Made by a program: the position numbers and the translations under genes. A stretch of 64,000 nucleotides of DNA, from positions 1,488,001 to 1,552,000 of the forward strand of contig CM060734.1 in assembly GCA_030704615.1 (NCBI GenBank), read 5' to 3'. Under the pieces are notes generated by a model. That model saw nothing but the letters and a program-made list of their open reading frames with translations. It was not told where the DNA came from and made no database searches. Source of the DNA: Takakia lepidozioides (Eukaryota; Plantae; Bryophyta). Each line of letters opens with the position of its first letter. Position 1 is the first letter of the stretch. This document shows positions 45,648-59,917 of this stretch, piece by piece.

Positions 45648-48600
45648 CTATGGTTGATAACGAGGTAACCTCTCAGGCATAGGAGATCCCCGTCGTTTCT
45701 TCTCTGCCATCTGAAGTGCATAGTCGTCTGCCATGTCAAAAGAGTCCCCTGAAGAACCAGTAATATCAGAATCATCGTCCCCCCTTAGGTGTTTTAATAG
45801 ACGAACTTTAAGTGGCTTCTCCGGAATCCTGCGTGGCATACAATGTTGGCCCACCATGTCTGGAAACTTAAACTGTACTACTTGCTGTAAGCGCGTGCAA
45901 GCAAAATGAGTGAACGCCCTGAACTCCTTAGCCGTATAGGTGAGAGGTGTGCCAATGACTTTGGAACAGTGTTAAGTATTTCCAGGCTTCATGTCCCTTA
46001 TAGAAAATATCATCAGGGCCCAATTTCTCCATTGCCAAGTTGTTCCAAGCCAAATTAAACCAGGAACGAAGTTGAGAATCCTTCTGCATCATAACTTTTG
46101 CATCATACAGGTACATATGAGGTGGCACTGAAGGTAAAACCCAATGATCCCCACTGGAATACTCAGAAATCATGATTGCATCTTCTGCTGCTCAATGTGA
46201 TAACGTGCCATGAAACAAGCAGCATAGTATAATCCACAGCCCATGACAATACTAGATACCTCCTTGGTCTTGGTATAGATGTACCCACGTACAACCTGGA
46301 AGGCAATTAATTCCTTCAGCATGGTGCCTGCCTCAGACCAGTACCTTGCAAAGTGATGATCCTCAATGGGTCGATTGTTCGGAAGAACCTTAGTCCGAGT
46401 TGCCACTGGCAACCAAATGCGCATGATCTAGTAGTAGTGTGCCAACGACTGCGGAGGACTAAATTCCTTCCAAGCCAAATCCAGCACAATGGGAATTTGG
46501 TTGAAGGGCATAATCATAGCCCGACTGTACTCCCGTGCAGCAGGAGTCCGAGGTGGGTTAAAAGCAACATCCCCCCAAACCTCAGGCTGTGGCTTTGCCA
46601 TAGTAGCAACAGTGTCAGCCACCTGCTGTGGAAGTTGTGATATTGGCACCACTGGCCCTTCTACACCTGACAACTCCTGCACCTCCTGTGAAGAAGACTG
46701 AAAAATCAGAGTCCTGGCATGCAAATAAGTAGCCACCAGCTGCTCCTCAGGAATAAAGACTCTCTTGTCAATATTTGAACTCAGGTCATCCACTTGAGTC
46801 TGCAGCCCTTCCACATCATCATGTAACTCCGCTATCCTACTATAGACATTGTCTATAGTAATTGTGGCAATGTTCTGCACCTGGAATCTGAGATCATTCA
46901 TCTCTCCCTGGGTGAGCTTCCTCGGTGCCTTGCCTTCTACTGGCCCGTGTGCTAACCATACTTGCATAAGGTGATTATCCACCATGTCCTGTGTGGCACC
47001 CCTGAGAGTCTGCTCCTCCTTGAGTCTGTACACATCTATCTGCTGCTGTAAAGCCTCCATGCGCTTTGCATGAGGTTCAACCAGGGCCGCATAGGCAGCA
47101 GCCAAATTATTGGCTTCCTTCCAAGCCTTGTTAGCCACAGAGAGTTCATTCTTATGGACCATGAGTGTTTGTTGCAACTCTAGGATGTACCTCTCATACT
47201 CAGCCTCAACCTGACTATACTATTGGAAAGTATTCTCATTGCAACATATTGTAGCCTTCAAATCAACAATGAGTTTCCCTTGCTCAATTATCTCAGCTTC
47301 TGCCATCATACATCTCTCTCTTTGTCTGTTAACTTCTAACGGAATTTGTTCTAGAGCAGTTGTCAGTGTGGCACATTGTATGGTCATTCTCTAATGAACT
47401 GCCTCCAATTCTGTATGTAGCACGTTCACTTCCTGCAACTTGCCCTCATGCTTCACTTGCAATATAACTGTTGCTTATGTGCTTCATGCAACTTGTCCTG
47501 CTTGAGACTTGCTTCAATCAAATCTCCCTTAGCCAACTGCAAGGCAGCCTTTGTGTCCTCCAATTTTTTTTGCAATTTCAGATTGGTCTCTTCATCTACT
47601 TTGTTTACACACTTAGTGGCAATTCTAGCCTCAAACTCTTTCTTGAGTTCATCCCTCAAAGCTGCCAATTGTGTAGATGGAACATGGGATTTCACATAAG
47701 TGCCCAACAAATTGAGTGTCCTGCTTATGGAATTCATAAGCATGGCCTGCTGTGGGTCGTCATGGTGAACTTGTTGCTGTTCTCCCTGATCCTCCACAAT
47801 GTGATGTTTCACCAACCATTCAGGCCATGTTCCCACCAGATCCTCTTCCTGAACGACCTCTTCCTCCACAGGTGCTGCAGTGCTCCTACACTCCACTCCT
47901 GGAACCTCCGCCACAGGTTTGGAAACCACATGCACAGCAGGGATTTCCTCGGACAAACTCTGCACCTCTGGTGCCACAAGTTCCCTTACCAAGCCAGAGT
48001 TTTCATAGAAAAGATCACCCTTCTCAATTTCTGCCATGACCTGCTCTGTAGAGGGAATGTCCAACCCTTCTCCATCCAGAGCAATAGGCTATGGTGTCAC
48101 AACATGTACTAACTGTGGAACCTCTAAGACAACTGAGTCAACTGGCTGTGATGGCTGTGGTACCGAAGTGACTTCTTCTTCCCTCTCCAAAGGTCGTGCT
48201 TCCAATAATAACAGCCCTCTATGCTGTTGTGCCCCATCCTGCACAAGAGCCATGGAAACATCATCTTGCGGTTTCCTTGAAGCTAGTGGATTTGCCACTA
48301 CAGTCATATTCCGCTTCTGTCTCTTAGACTGGTGTTGCCCCTCCAGTCCACCTTCACTATGTAAAGAGCCCTGCTCCTCCATTGTACTAGTTGCTACCTC
48401 AAACACTCCCATCTCCTTACGTTCTCGCGCATCAAGTATGCAAGAGTCAAGAATAATTTGAGCAATGACTGGGCCAGACACAATGATCGGAGACTTAGCA
48501 GCAGTGCCCTGTAACCTCTTCATCTCTTCCACCAGACCATTGTACATTAACTTTGCCCAAGCTACATCCTCTCCCCTCAAAACTTTTAGTATCTCCTCTG

Positions 48601-49272
48601 TGAATGATCTGCTCAAATATTGTTGGTTCTGTTTCATGGCAAACAGAACGTTCAAGATTTGGCCAACTTCTTTGAGCCCTGGGTACTCGGCTTTGGTGCA
48701 AGCGTAACCTTGAGTCTTAAAAAAACTTCCTTCTTGGAACAAATTCCCTATCTGCAATCTTGCCCTGTGCTCATCCACATCCACATGACCCGATGGCAAA
48801 TCGAACAATTGCTGCAAGTACTGGGGAGTAATTTCTATATCTACTCCCCTCACTTGGGTAACTCCCGTCCGAGGCTCAAAGTTCTGAAGAAATTGAATCA
48901 TATACTGCCGATGATGCAAGGACCAGTCCTTGCGTAGCAACCCCTCCAATCGCAACTCCCTCAGCAGTTGCACCGCTTGTGGTGTAGCAATTGTTTGCTT
49001 ATGCAGAATCGTGGTGCTCTTCACCTTGATATCCTCCATTCCCCTCACTCTCTTCATTCTAGACAAACAAAAAGGCCTTGTTTGGAACAACTGTAGGAAA
49101 GCTTGCAGGGCATAGAGCATAAAAGTATGGTTGGCACAGAATGGAACGGGTAAATGCGTATAAGCCTGTGGGGCTTGCAAGTATCGAGTGAGATAGAATG
49201 TACTCTCAACCCGTCCGTCCTTCGCCACTGCGTGAGAAGTAAAGCGAGCGTGTAATCTGTAATATCCGCCAT
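45648..49272 (-). pseudogene. GyA accessory ORF of ~1200 codons between integrase and 3' LTR, now fragmented
   Basis: Colinear same-strand ORFs 48089-49228, 47453-48064, 46428-47177, 46170-46424, 45928-46173 and 45648-45857; homologous copy at 62312-63760. Confidence 0.8.
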
Positions 49273-49819
49273 AGCTACAAAGCTATAGCTTTGATTGCCC
49301 CTCCTGTCGAAACGCTGGTTATTCGGAGCCACCCCGACTCTTGCGCTCATAACCCTGCTAATTTCTTGTTCTTGTTTCTTGGAGGAAACCACCTGCATGT
49401 AATTCTCACTTGTGATTGGTTGTTGCCTCTTTGGGTAACTGCTTAATTTAACCCCCCTAAGTGGACTTTCCCCCCTGGAATGTCCACTAGGACAGCACAT
49501 GTGGCAAAAGACTTCATTTTCTGTACTCGTAAAGGATTCCGTTACCTTTGAATGCATTAATGGGCCCACAATTAGTTTGGGTTGATGTACCGGGTAGGTA
49601 CTTTGATAGCCCAATTTGTCTTCTTGCATGATCACACCCGCTTTTGCGGTGTGCGTCGCCCTGGCGACCACGTGTTCGTTTCTAGACCTACCTCCGTCTT
49701 CCCCTATCCGCGTGGCACCTTCTCCGAGTTTGACTTCCAAGCTGTCTTTTCACCCGCCAGCCACTTTTCGGACGTTAACCCACGTCCACCTGTCATTGAC
49801 CCTTTGGACTGTGCAACCC

Positions 49820-49990
49820 GCGTGGGCTGTGTTGGGTTGTGACAGGCTGTGTCAGACTGTGGTGAACTGTGATAGGCTGTGTGATGTTGTGATAAGCTGT
49901 GTGATGCTGTGGTGGGCTGTGATAGGCTGTGTGATGCTGTGATGGGTTGTGATAAGTTGTGTGATGTTGTGGTGGGTTGTGATAACTGTG
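49820..49990. repeat. Degenerate (TGTGA/TGTGG) ~10-bp tandem repeat downstream of integrase
   Basis: Direct reading; also present at 12335-12437. Confidence 0.85.
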
Positions 49991-52900
49991 CAAACACCCG
50001 TGTTCTCCATTCAGGCCATACACATTCGGCTTTACGACAGTGCTTCATGCTCCGTTGGTATTACCGGTGCAGCCCGTGACTGTTTCTGTGTTTCAATATG
50101 CAAATCGTGCTGCAATGGTTTGTCATGGATACCAATGTATTCCTTCAACTTATTGGCATTGACTCTTCCCAGCATCTCTTTGTTAATGGTTTGTAACATG
50201 GCGGTATTGTTATCATACATCTTCTGTATGACATAAGGTCCTTTCCATGGTGATTTAAGCTTAGAAGCCTTAATCTTCCCCTTCTTCTGCAGCCACAGAA
50301 CCAAATCACCCGTCTTAAAAGTTTTCAGTTTACCTTCATCAAATTGATCCTTCCTCTTCATGGATCATGTTATCTGTTGCATCAGCACGTACTTCTTCCA
50401 CATGATATAATTCATGTTTCCTGACCTTAATTGAATCTTCCAATTCCATTCTCCTTCCCCATTCAGTTCTCATGGTAGGTAACAAGAACTCCACTGGAAG
50501 TAAAGCTTCCATACCATAAACTAATTGGAATGGTGTATACTTAGTGGTGACTTTATATGAAGTCATGTATGACTACAAAGCCGTCAACAGCTTTGTATCC
50601 CAATCTGTTCTGTTTGCATTGTATTTTGTTGGTAGCCTCTACCTGCCCATTACCCTGTGGGTAATAAGTTGTACTCTTCCTATGCACAATCATGAACTCT
50701 TTAGTCAATAGTTCTATGGTCTCATTAATAAAGTGACTTCCCTGGTCACTGATAAATTCCAGGGGACAGCCAAATCTTGTAAGTATGTTCTCATATAGGA
50801 ACCTTGCTGTGGACTTAGCTGTGTTGTCCCTCTGAGCTTTAGCTTCCACCCACTTTGTACTATAATCAGTGGTTGTGATTATATACTTGTTCTGTGTATT
50901 TCTTGCTGGTGGGTTAATTGGTCCAACAAAGTCTAGTCCCCATTTCTGAAATGGTTCAGTAGGCATCGTAGGATACAAAGCCATCTTCCCATATCTCTGC
51001 AATGGTCCTAGCCTTTGACACTCATCACAACTCTTGCAATACTTGTGTACATCCTTGAACAATGTAGGCCACCAGTAACCTGCAAGTAGTATCTTTCTAC
51101 TGGTAGTCTCTTCTCCAAAATGACCTCCAGCCACTCCTTTATGAACTTCCTCCAAAACTTTATTTACTTCATGGTGGTACAAGCATCTTTTAAGTACTCC
51201 ATCAGGTCCTAGCTTATACATTGTGTCCCCTATCATAGTGTAAGGTAAGGCCTTGATAGCTATTCTCTTCCTCTGCTCCTTCCCATAACTAGGTGGGCAC
51301 TGACCATGAGTAAGGTAGTATCTGATTGGCCACTGCCAATCTAACCAATCATCTGCACTTCCCTGCACCTCTACTGCAAATAAACTCGCATCAGGTAGTT
51401 GGTCGTCTACTCCTGTGGCGGGCTCTCCTATTGATAGGCGTGCAAGTGATCTGCCACAAGATGCAAACGGCCAGGCTTGTAAACAACTTCGAACTCAAAC
51501 TCGTGCAAGATTATTAACCACCTTGCTATCCTTCCACTTATCAAAGGCTTGTTCACAAAATAAATCAGAGCCTGATGATCCACATAAAACATAAACTTTC
51601 TTCCCAATAGGTAATGCCTGAATTTCTTGACTGCATAAATCATTGCCAATGCTTCTCTTTTAGTTGTGCTATAGTTCCTCTCAGCACTGTTCATCAACCT
51701 GCTAGCATAATACACAGGTGAATCTATGTTTCCTGTAACATTTTGGGCTAATATTGCTCCCAATGCTTCTCTTGAGGCATCACAGTGAACATGAAATACT
51801 ACATGCCAGTGAGGGTTAATCAGCACAGGTGTAGTTGTTACTGACAATGCAAGTTCCTCAAAAGCCTGTGACATTCCGCTATCCATGCAAACACCGCATC
51901 TTTCTTCAAAAGCTTGCTCAATGGTGTTGCTATCTGTGCATACCGTCTGACAAATCTTCTGTAATAACTGGTTTGACCAAGGAATCTCCTTAGACTCTTC
52001 ACGTTTACTAGTGGTGGAGAGGCTTAAATGGCCTCTGTCTTTCTGGGATCCACAAGAAGTCCCCTCTTACACACAATGTGTCCCAAAAGTACCCCTGAAT
52101 TCACACATAAACTACACTTCTCTGGATTCAGGCCCAGACCTCTCATCCTGCATCTGGCCAAACATAACTCCAATTTATGCAAGTGCTCATTCTTAGAGCT
52201 GTCCACACTGAAATCATCAAAGAACACCTGCATGAAATCATCCAGATACTCGTGGAAAGATTCACTTATCACTCTATGAAAAGTTGCTGGTGCATTACAA
52301 AGTCCAAAAGGCATGACTTTGTATGCATAAGCACCCCAGTCTGTGATGAAAGTTGTCTTTCCCTGGTCTTCCTCTACCACTTGCACTTGGTTATACCCAC
52401 TGAAGCCATCCATGAATGAATACATCTCATGGCCTGCCACAGTGTCCAGTACTGCTTCTGTGAATGACAAAGGGAAAGGATCTTTCTTTGTACAAGCATT
52501 CAACTTCTTGTAGTTAACACAAATTCTTAGTTTACCATTCTTCTTGGGAACTATCACAATGGGTGACAACCAAGTTGTATACTCTATCGGGTATATAAAC
52601 TTAGCCTCAGCCAACTTCTTGATCTCTTCCCCAACCTTCTGTGCATAGTTGGGATTCATTCTTTACCTTGCCTGTTTAATTGGTACTAACCCTGGTTCCA
52701 GTTCAATCTTATGCTGACGGATCTCAGGTGGTATCCCTTTCAGATCCTCATAGCTCCAAGCAAATATATCTCTGTATTTGATGAACAGACTCTTAGCTTC
52801 CTCAAAGAATTCTGGCTCCAAGTCAGCCTCTACTTTCACCATTCTTGGTTCCTCCTCAGTTCCCACATTCACTTCTCTCACCTGCTCATCAGCTGTGATT

Positions 52901-53100
52901 GTCCAACCAGTCACTACTTCATCCTGTAAACTCACAGTGGCTGGTTCTTCTAGGATTTCCATTTCTCCCTCTCTTTCTTCATAGAAATGTGGTGGGTAAC
53001 TGCTTGTTTCACCCTCAATTGGTGTTGTTATCACTACATCACAGCAAATACCTTTTAAACAACTTAGGCCCTCCAGTTGTATTTCTGCAACCTACTCCCA

Positions 53101-53266
53101 TAGGCCGTCCTCTGGCTTCCAAGATCATTTTATTCTACAAAATTAGCTTTTAGGAACTATTTTGACACCTACTCAAACTCGTTTAGGGTGAAGGGTTTAG
53201 AGTTACGTCTTATTAGTAAACCTCGTTTAGTATTGCTCCGATTGTTGCAAAATGGCAGAGGGTCAG
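53101..53266. mobile_element. ~165-bp AT-rich insertion in GyA pol with a 6-bp duplication
   Basis: CTCCCA on both sides; other copies read gcaacctgctcccactctggg with no insert. Confidence 0.7.
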
Positions 53267-56200
53267 CTCCCACTCTGGGTGTGCAGCGAACAGGGTAGCT
53301 TCCTGCTCCTCATCAAGTCCTCTCCTCTAGTCATACTCTCTGACTTCCCGAGGTCTTCTCGTAGCAGGTAGTCTACTAGATTTCTTTATGGTGATTTGTA
53401 TCTTGTGCTTCCCATCATGCACAGTTAGTAACTGGGAATTCCAGTCATGGAATACCTTGGCCTGTTTCAACCATGGTCGACCCAGCAATAAGGAGTAAGC
53501 TTCCATGACATCATCCATTTTCAACACAGTCACTGTGATCTTAAAGATCATCTTTTGAATCTGTATCTTAACTCCCCTTATCAAACCCAATGGCTGTACA
53601 CTTCTTTGATCTGCCATTGTTACTGTGAATGGGGCTGGTTTCATGTTACTTAAACCAAGCTTCTACCTTAATTGGTCTGTTATGATATTCATTCCAGAGC
53701 CTCCATCTATCAGTACATCAGTCAAGTCTGTGCTTCCAATTCTCAATTGGATTACTGGCATAGAATCATCAACGTCCATGACTGTTTCTTGCCTTTCCGG
53801 CTTCACAATATAGCTTGTCACCTTGCTGTTCAGGTCTATGTTCCCTGTCACATGAACAATCTGATTAATTGCTTGATACAGCCTGTGCCTACAATGAGGT
53901 GCCACAGCCAATAGCTGTCCAATGGTAATCTCTGCTTTGGACTGGCATATTACTTCAGCCAAAGTCCCTTCATTACCTTGCACTTGTACAGCTTCCTTCT
54001 TCACTTCATCTCACTCACTTCATCTTCTCTTTCAGAATCAGAGGAATCTACCATAGGGATATCAGTACTCTTCTGCATTTCCCGTATGGTATCAGCCACT
54101 TCCTTGTGCAGTTCCTTCTCATCTCTCCAAGCCTCATCATCTTCAGGCACATCACTGCCATCTTCATTATCATCATCTTCCTCATCTACTGGAGGTATTA
54201 GTTTAGCTTTGCTTCTGGTTACTATCATTGTACTTACTTCTGGTACAACACATGGCCTAAACCATGTGAGCTGCCACCACTGGGCCCTCATTCACAGGAG
54301 CTCTCATAACATTCTGGTGTCTGATCCAGAATGGACAGGCTGCCTTACGATGTTGTGCCTGATTACAATAGTAACACAGTTCTTCCCCATTAGGTCCTCG
54401 CCCTTGGTCTGTTCTGGGATTGTTTCTATATCCTGATTCCCTGGCTGGTAATTCCCCCTTGGATTACCCAGATAGTTGCCTCTCGGATTGCCTTGGTAAT
54501 TCCCTCTTGGATTACCTCTCCCTTCCATACCATTGTTATAACCACCAGGCCTACCATACTGATCCTGATCATTGTTCCTTCTAGGCTGGGGCTGCACTTG
54601 ATGCACCCTTACTTGCCTAGGTTCTCTTGCAGCTGTCCTTCTGTTGTAATAACAATTCTCTGTAGAATGGTTATCCATTTTACAGATAGTACAGTGTTTC
54701 TCCTTCATGTGGCATTCAGCTGTGGTATGGCCTTCATTCTGGCATTTTGCACACCAAACACCATTCCTCCAATGTGTTGCAGCCTCTGTGGCATATTTCT
54801 TCAAGATCTCCTCCAGTCTTTTCTCATAGTTTTCCCTCTGCAACTTCTCTTTTCTTACTCTTCCTTTTGAGCTCTTGCTCTTCTTCCTCATCTAACTCAT
54901 CCTCAGAGTCCTCATCATCCCGTTTATCTCTTCTGAGCATTCCCAATTGCTCAATCTTGTTGGCTGTTTCAAATGCCTCCTCCACTGTATTATGGGGTAA
55001 CATATCCACTTTCTTTTGCAACTCAGGTCTTAGTCCACTCACAAACCAAGTCTTCTATAATCGTGGTGCTGGTACAGCAGCCAACTTTTTCATCATCAAT
55101 TCCATCTTTTCCATGTACTCTTCAACAGTTTCATGCTTCTTTTGCTTTAACTGTTGTAAACTTCCATACACTTTATCCTCAGTTTTACTTGTCCTGAACC
55201 TATTTCAGAATATTGTACTTAAGCCATTCCAGGTTAGGAAATGATTATCAGGGAATCTTGCATACCGTTCACTTGCTTTCTTTAAAAGTGAACAAGGAAA
55301 CAGTCTCATTTTGGCATCATCGCCATTCTCATTGTTCACAATACACATGTGCTCAAATTGGCTGATGTGTACATCAGGATCCCCTTTTCCTGCATATATT
55401 GGAAAAGGTGGTTTTGCCCGTGTTGGTTGTAACGCCATCTGTGGCCCTACCCCCTACCTACTGACAGGTGCTGGCCCCCCTGCTGGTGCTGGTCCTTGAG
55501 GACCTGTTGTAGTTGTGGTGGAACTTCCACCAAGTGCTGGGCCCTGAGCACTCCCTGCTACTGGCCCCACTATATTCACAGTATTCCCAGCTCCAGTTGC
55601 ACTACTTCCCACACTCCCTGTCCCCCCAGAGCCAGATCCAGACTGCCCGCCTGATCCCCCTGAACGACACCTTTGTTGGCCTGTGATCCAAGTGCCCCAC
55701 TTGATCCAGGTCCAACAGGTTGGGATGTCCTGGTTGTAGTCTCAACCTCAGCTGTTGGGTCTACTTCTTCATATTCTTCCTCTTCCAATTTCTTCTCTCT
55801 GTTTTCATCTTCCAAGTTCTGCCCTTGGGTTTCTTCTTCTTCACTCATGTAATTCAATTGCAAGGGTGTTAGAGAGTCTGAACTCTCCGTTGGCTCTGCC
55901 ACATCCTATCCTCCTTCTTCGTCTTCCGTTTCAGAAACTGGAGTTCTTGCTTTTGGTGTTTCATGCCAACTCTTATCAAAGATTTCTGTCAAATCTTTTA
56001 TCTAGGGATGATCTTCTTCCTGTACCAATTCCCTTAATATTTCTTGCGAAGAATAAGAAGGAGTGGCATCCAACTCTAGTTCTTCCGGTATGGGTGATGT
56101 ACTCTCTGATCTTAATGGTGTGAGAGGTCCAGATGATTCCCCTATGTCTATTCCTCTCTCCCAAAGATATGGATAATTAGCTTTTAAATAACTTTCTCTT

Positions 56201-56673
56201 TTTGCTGAATATCTCTGGAGTCTAGCTTCTCTTTCATCACTCATGTCCAATGTTTTTCATTTCTTTAATGAGGCAATAACCAAAACTCTCTTCTGTAGTA
56301 TCTCTCATATATGCCTGGGTTTCTTTCAAGCTTCAATGCACCCTTGGCTATACTAGAAGTCTCCGTTACCATATAACCATATGGCAAACAAGTCTGAAAA
56401 GCTGTTCTTGGTGTGAGTTTGATCCACAAAATATCCTTAGGAATCCAATTCTTTACTAGTACAAGCTCTTCATGCATATGAGTGTAAACATTCACTTTCC
56501 TTTCCTCCCAACCTTCAAACTCTACTCGCAATGCTATCACATAAACCAGTGTTGGTAATCAACGTGCTCTTCCTCTACAGGCCACCTGATAAATCTTTAT
56601 CACTCCTTTCTCCAGACCCCACTCAGGGTCAGCATCATGCACTCTCTTAAGAATGTTTTCTTTACAACCGTCT

Positions 56674-57043
56674 AGTAGAGATGCACTGTAGAGCAGATTA
56701 GAGACACCATGGCTTCGGCTTGATACATGATAGATATTAATATGATTCCTATTTCATAATCACACCGTGTAGAGAGATATGAGTGAAGCTGTGGAATGAA
56801 TGCTTGAGTAGTTGGAACATGGTAGATTGCAGAAGCAATCTCATACTTAATCATAGACAGTAAGGTAAATTGCTAACATGAATGCGAGAAGGAATACAAA
56901 TAGGAAGCACCCCCATGATACACTAGTTGTAGGTCATGACTGATTGTTCTGAGCGGGCTGAGTACTTAGAGATTTCCAACTCTTCTATCTTGGAGTTTCC
57001 ACCTCGGATAGCTAAGGGATGGGTGAGTAAAAGCCGCTCGACA
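56674..57043 (+). repeat. GyA LTR terminal fragment in inverted orientation, with no PBS
   Basis: Ends aaagccgctcgaca; reverse complement of ~10572-10940. Confidence 0.9.
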
Positions 57044-59290
57044 ACAACCACAATTATATCAATCCCTAGTGTCCTACATGGCTCCCCTCATAAACTGTCA
57101 TAAAAAGGGCTATCTCCTCCTACACAGCACAATAACAACCTCAGCCACCCTGAAGCACCTTGCTGCATACACATTTAGCCCCTATCCTCATCCAACAGCC
57201 TGGGCAATTATGCCTTTCTCATGCTGCAATCACTACCCTGCGCACTCTCTCTTCTCCGAACATTCTATCAACTTGTTGCCACCCCCCACTATCCTAAACT
57301 GTCAAATTAACGCCACCATGCTATATCCATACAAACGCGGTCCACTGCTACATTAAATCAAACCTGCCCAGCCCTCGGCGCCATTACAACTATCATTATT
57401 TCTCTAAGCCAGAATCATTATCCCTGCGCACCACAGTGCACAGCCCCCTCTATGCAAAAATTACATCTCCTCCATCAAATGCCACTGGCGACGCCACTAT
57501 GCAACCCTGCACAAGGAGTAAACCTCCTCACCCCTTTTCATCATGCTAACATGATGCAAATTTTGTCATGGAGTAATCTGCCAACAGCCCCACATAACCT
57601 CCTCCGCCACCCAAGAGGGCGCCACAGTAAAAGCCATCACCCCCGCGCTCCAAACTGCCTAGTCACACCAGCCGCCACGATAAATGACTCCTTCCCATGC
57701 TCCACCCATATATTCCCATTCTGCAATATACACAAACACCTCTCTCTACCTACCTACATCTCGCTTCTTCTTCTTCTTCCCTATCGCACAAAGTTTCTCT
57801 ACGTATGTCTAGTTCTAAGTCCTGCAGTATCCAAAAACGCACCGGTAGTATTTGCAAGCAACCACGCCAGAAGGATAGGAACCCGAGTAGCATTAAGCCT
57901 TCCGCCATTTCTCTCTTAGCCGAACACTTCTCTACTCAAATGACCCACCATTAGACAGCCACTGCTATGACTGACCACGCCAAAGACGACGCTGATGTAA
58001 GTGACATGCACTTATCTGATGAGCAATACTTTGCCAATGAACAGGTGTACCAGACCTACTCCGCGCAGAATGTCACAACAATGTCGAAAGGACGCACTCC
58101 ATCTCTTCCAGCATCGGCACTCCCTGCGCCTACAAAGTCCCCAGACCAGCCAATGGCACCCAAACCTGCTTCAATCGCTTCACCAGCATAGGACCTAGCT
58201 ATAAGCCCCGGTCTTAAACGCCACTCCAGTGCATTCAATAGCGATATCGGGAGCTTGCACTCGGAATCCAAGAAGTCAACACTACAAGGAATCGTCGATT
58301 TAACAACTGGCAAAACGACTGCAAAGTGAGTCGTTGCAAACAAAAAACAACTGGGCAACTCGGAGTGCCAACAGACTAGTCTCTTCCGACAGCCCAGTCA
58401 TTTCAGTCATGACGTGGTCGGAGTGGTTTCGGTCAATCGTTCCGCCGACTGCGGCTCAATTTTATTTTTTTCTTGGGGGGGGAGGGGGGACGTGGCAGCA
58501 CCGTGCGTGGCGTTGACCGAATCTTGGACCTTGACCAAGTGGACTTTTGACCGGGGGGTGCAACTTCCCCACGGCGACGACGCTGGAAATACAGCCGCGT
58601 GGCCATGCGTCAAGACGCCACGTGTTCTCTATCGTGGATGTGGCCACGTGCAGGCCTAAGGCCACACCGCGTGGCGCAATAAGTTGTCTGCTGGTTGCCT
58701 TTACAACTTGCAAGTGGAATCGACAACTAAGGTGTTGAAGTGATAGATGCAACTGGAGGTTTGAAATGCACTACTTCACTAGTGAGATACATCGACTGTG
58801 GGTTGGGAACCAGGCACTCGTAGTGGTTGCAATGACTTGGGGGCTGCGACTTGTAGTTCATACATGTGCAATACTATTTCTATCGTCTCCGAATAGCAAC
58901 ACAGATGCTACAATGGCCATACTACAAACAATGCAATCAACACAATCTCCTGCACACAGCCACTGATCTTGCGGATGTGATTGAGACTGGAGAACATACA
59001 GACCATCCCATCAAAGCACGAAAAGAAATAAACATGATGAAGAGCGCGTGACATTGTATTAAGACAATATCTCAAAACCATCCCTTACAATGCACAAACT
59101 CATCAGTCTGTAACGACCATGATTAGAACAAAAAAAAAACCTATCGCATATGGTTCTCCTGCACCTAACTTAAACTTCACTTCAAGCCCTAGAATTGCCT
59201 CTAAATCAATAGAAATGTCTTCAGTGGACTGAGTTCAACACAAAGAAGTGTAGCGAACCTCAAAGCAGCTGCTTCAGGTTTTATAGGATC

Positions 59291-59915
59291 TATCACGGAC
59301 ATAGCCCAGAGGAACTTACCAGGAGTAAATACCAGAAGTTACCAAGTTATCAAGTTACCGGAAGTTACCATGATGTACCATGATTTATCATTAGTTACCA
59401 AGTTATCGGGAGTTTACCAAATTACCAAGAGTAACTTGGGAAACTGCTCATGAAGCTTCATTTGGAGGAAACTTCTCCATCAAGATACCTCCTTTAATTA
59501 AGGAAGCTTCTCCATCAAGAAACCTTTGTTTAATCTTGGAAACTTCTCCATCAAGAAACCTCTATAGGATAAGCTTCTTATGGAACTTCTTAGTAGCCAG
59601 TATATATAGGAGGCGAGACTGGACACTCTTCAGTCTCGCCAACACAAGTTCAAGCTACTCTTGTTCCCAGTCCCAGTACTCCAGTCCAGCTTCCAGTACT
59701 CTAGTCCAGTTTCCAGTATCTGGTACCCAGTCCAGTTTCCAGCATTCCAGTATTCGAGTCGAGTTCCAGTATCTTGTACTCTTGTCCATTGTTATAAAGA
59801 TCATCTTGATGTTTATCCACCATGCATTCGGCCACGCCAACCTTGACTTCTTGTCTAGTCTTGTACCTCTAGTCTGATCTTTTGTTTGTGTTCACTAATG
59901 TTTTCGTCCTTGGCA
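59291..59915 (+). repeat. Tcn1-like chromovirus 5' LTR (625 bp)
   Basis: tatcacggac...cgtccttggca, reverse-complement homologue of 41736-42415; TATA box at 59601. Confidence 0.92.
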
Positions 59916-59917
59916 GT

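Larger units (their letters stand above)
44563..56580 (-). mobile_element. Near-complete GyA non-chromovirus element lacking its 5' LTR, inserted in the Tcn1-like pol
   Basis: Order on minus strand: upstream ORF, gag (55576-54300), PR, RT (52024-52659), RH, INT (50032-51368), tandem repeat, accessory ORF, PPT GAGATAGAGAGGGG (45472-45485), LTR; no extra RNase H or chromodomain. Confidence 0.92.

Noticed and set aside
44563-56580. Classification of GyA as Tat/Ogre
   Set aside because: No additional archaeal-type RNase H is visible around RH-INT; left as a non-chromovirus (Phygy/Selgy/Athila-like) pending phylogeny.
57044-59290. LINE 5' region (C/A-rich, 57044-58330) and a DNA-transposon end (58330-58870)
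   Set aside because: Composition and short repeats are suggestive, but I found no domain, TIR or TSD to support a call.
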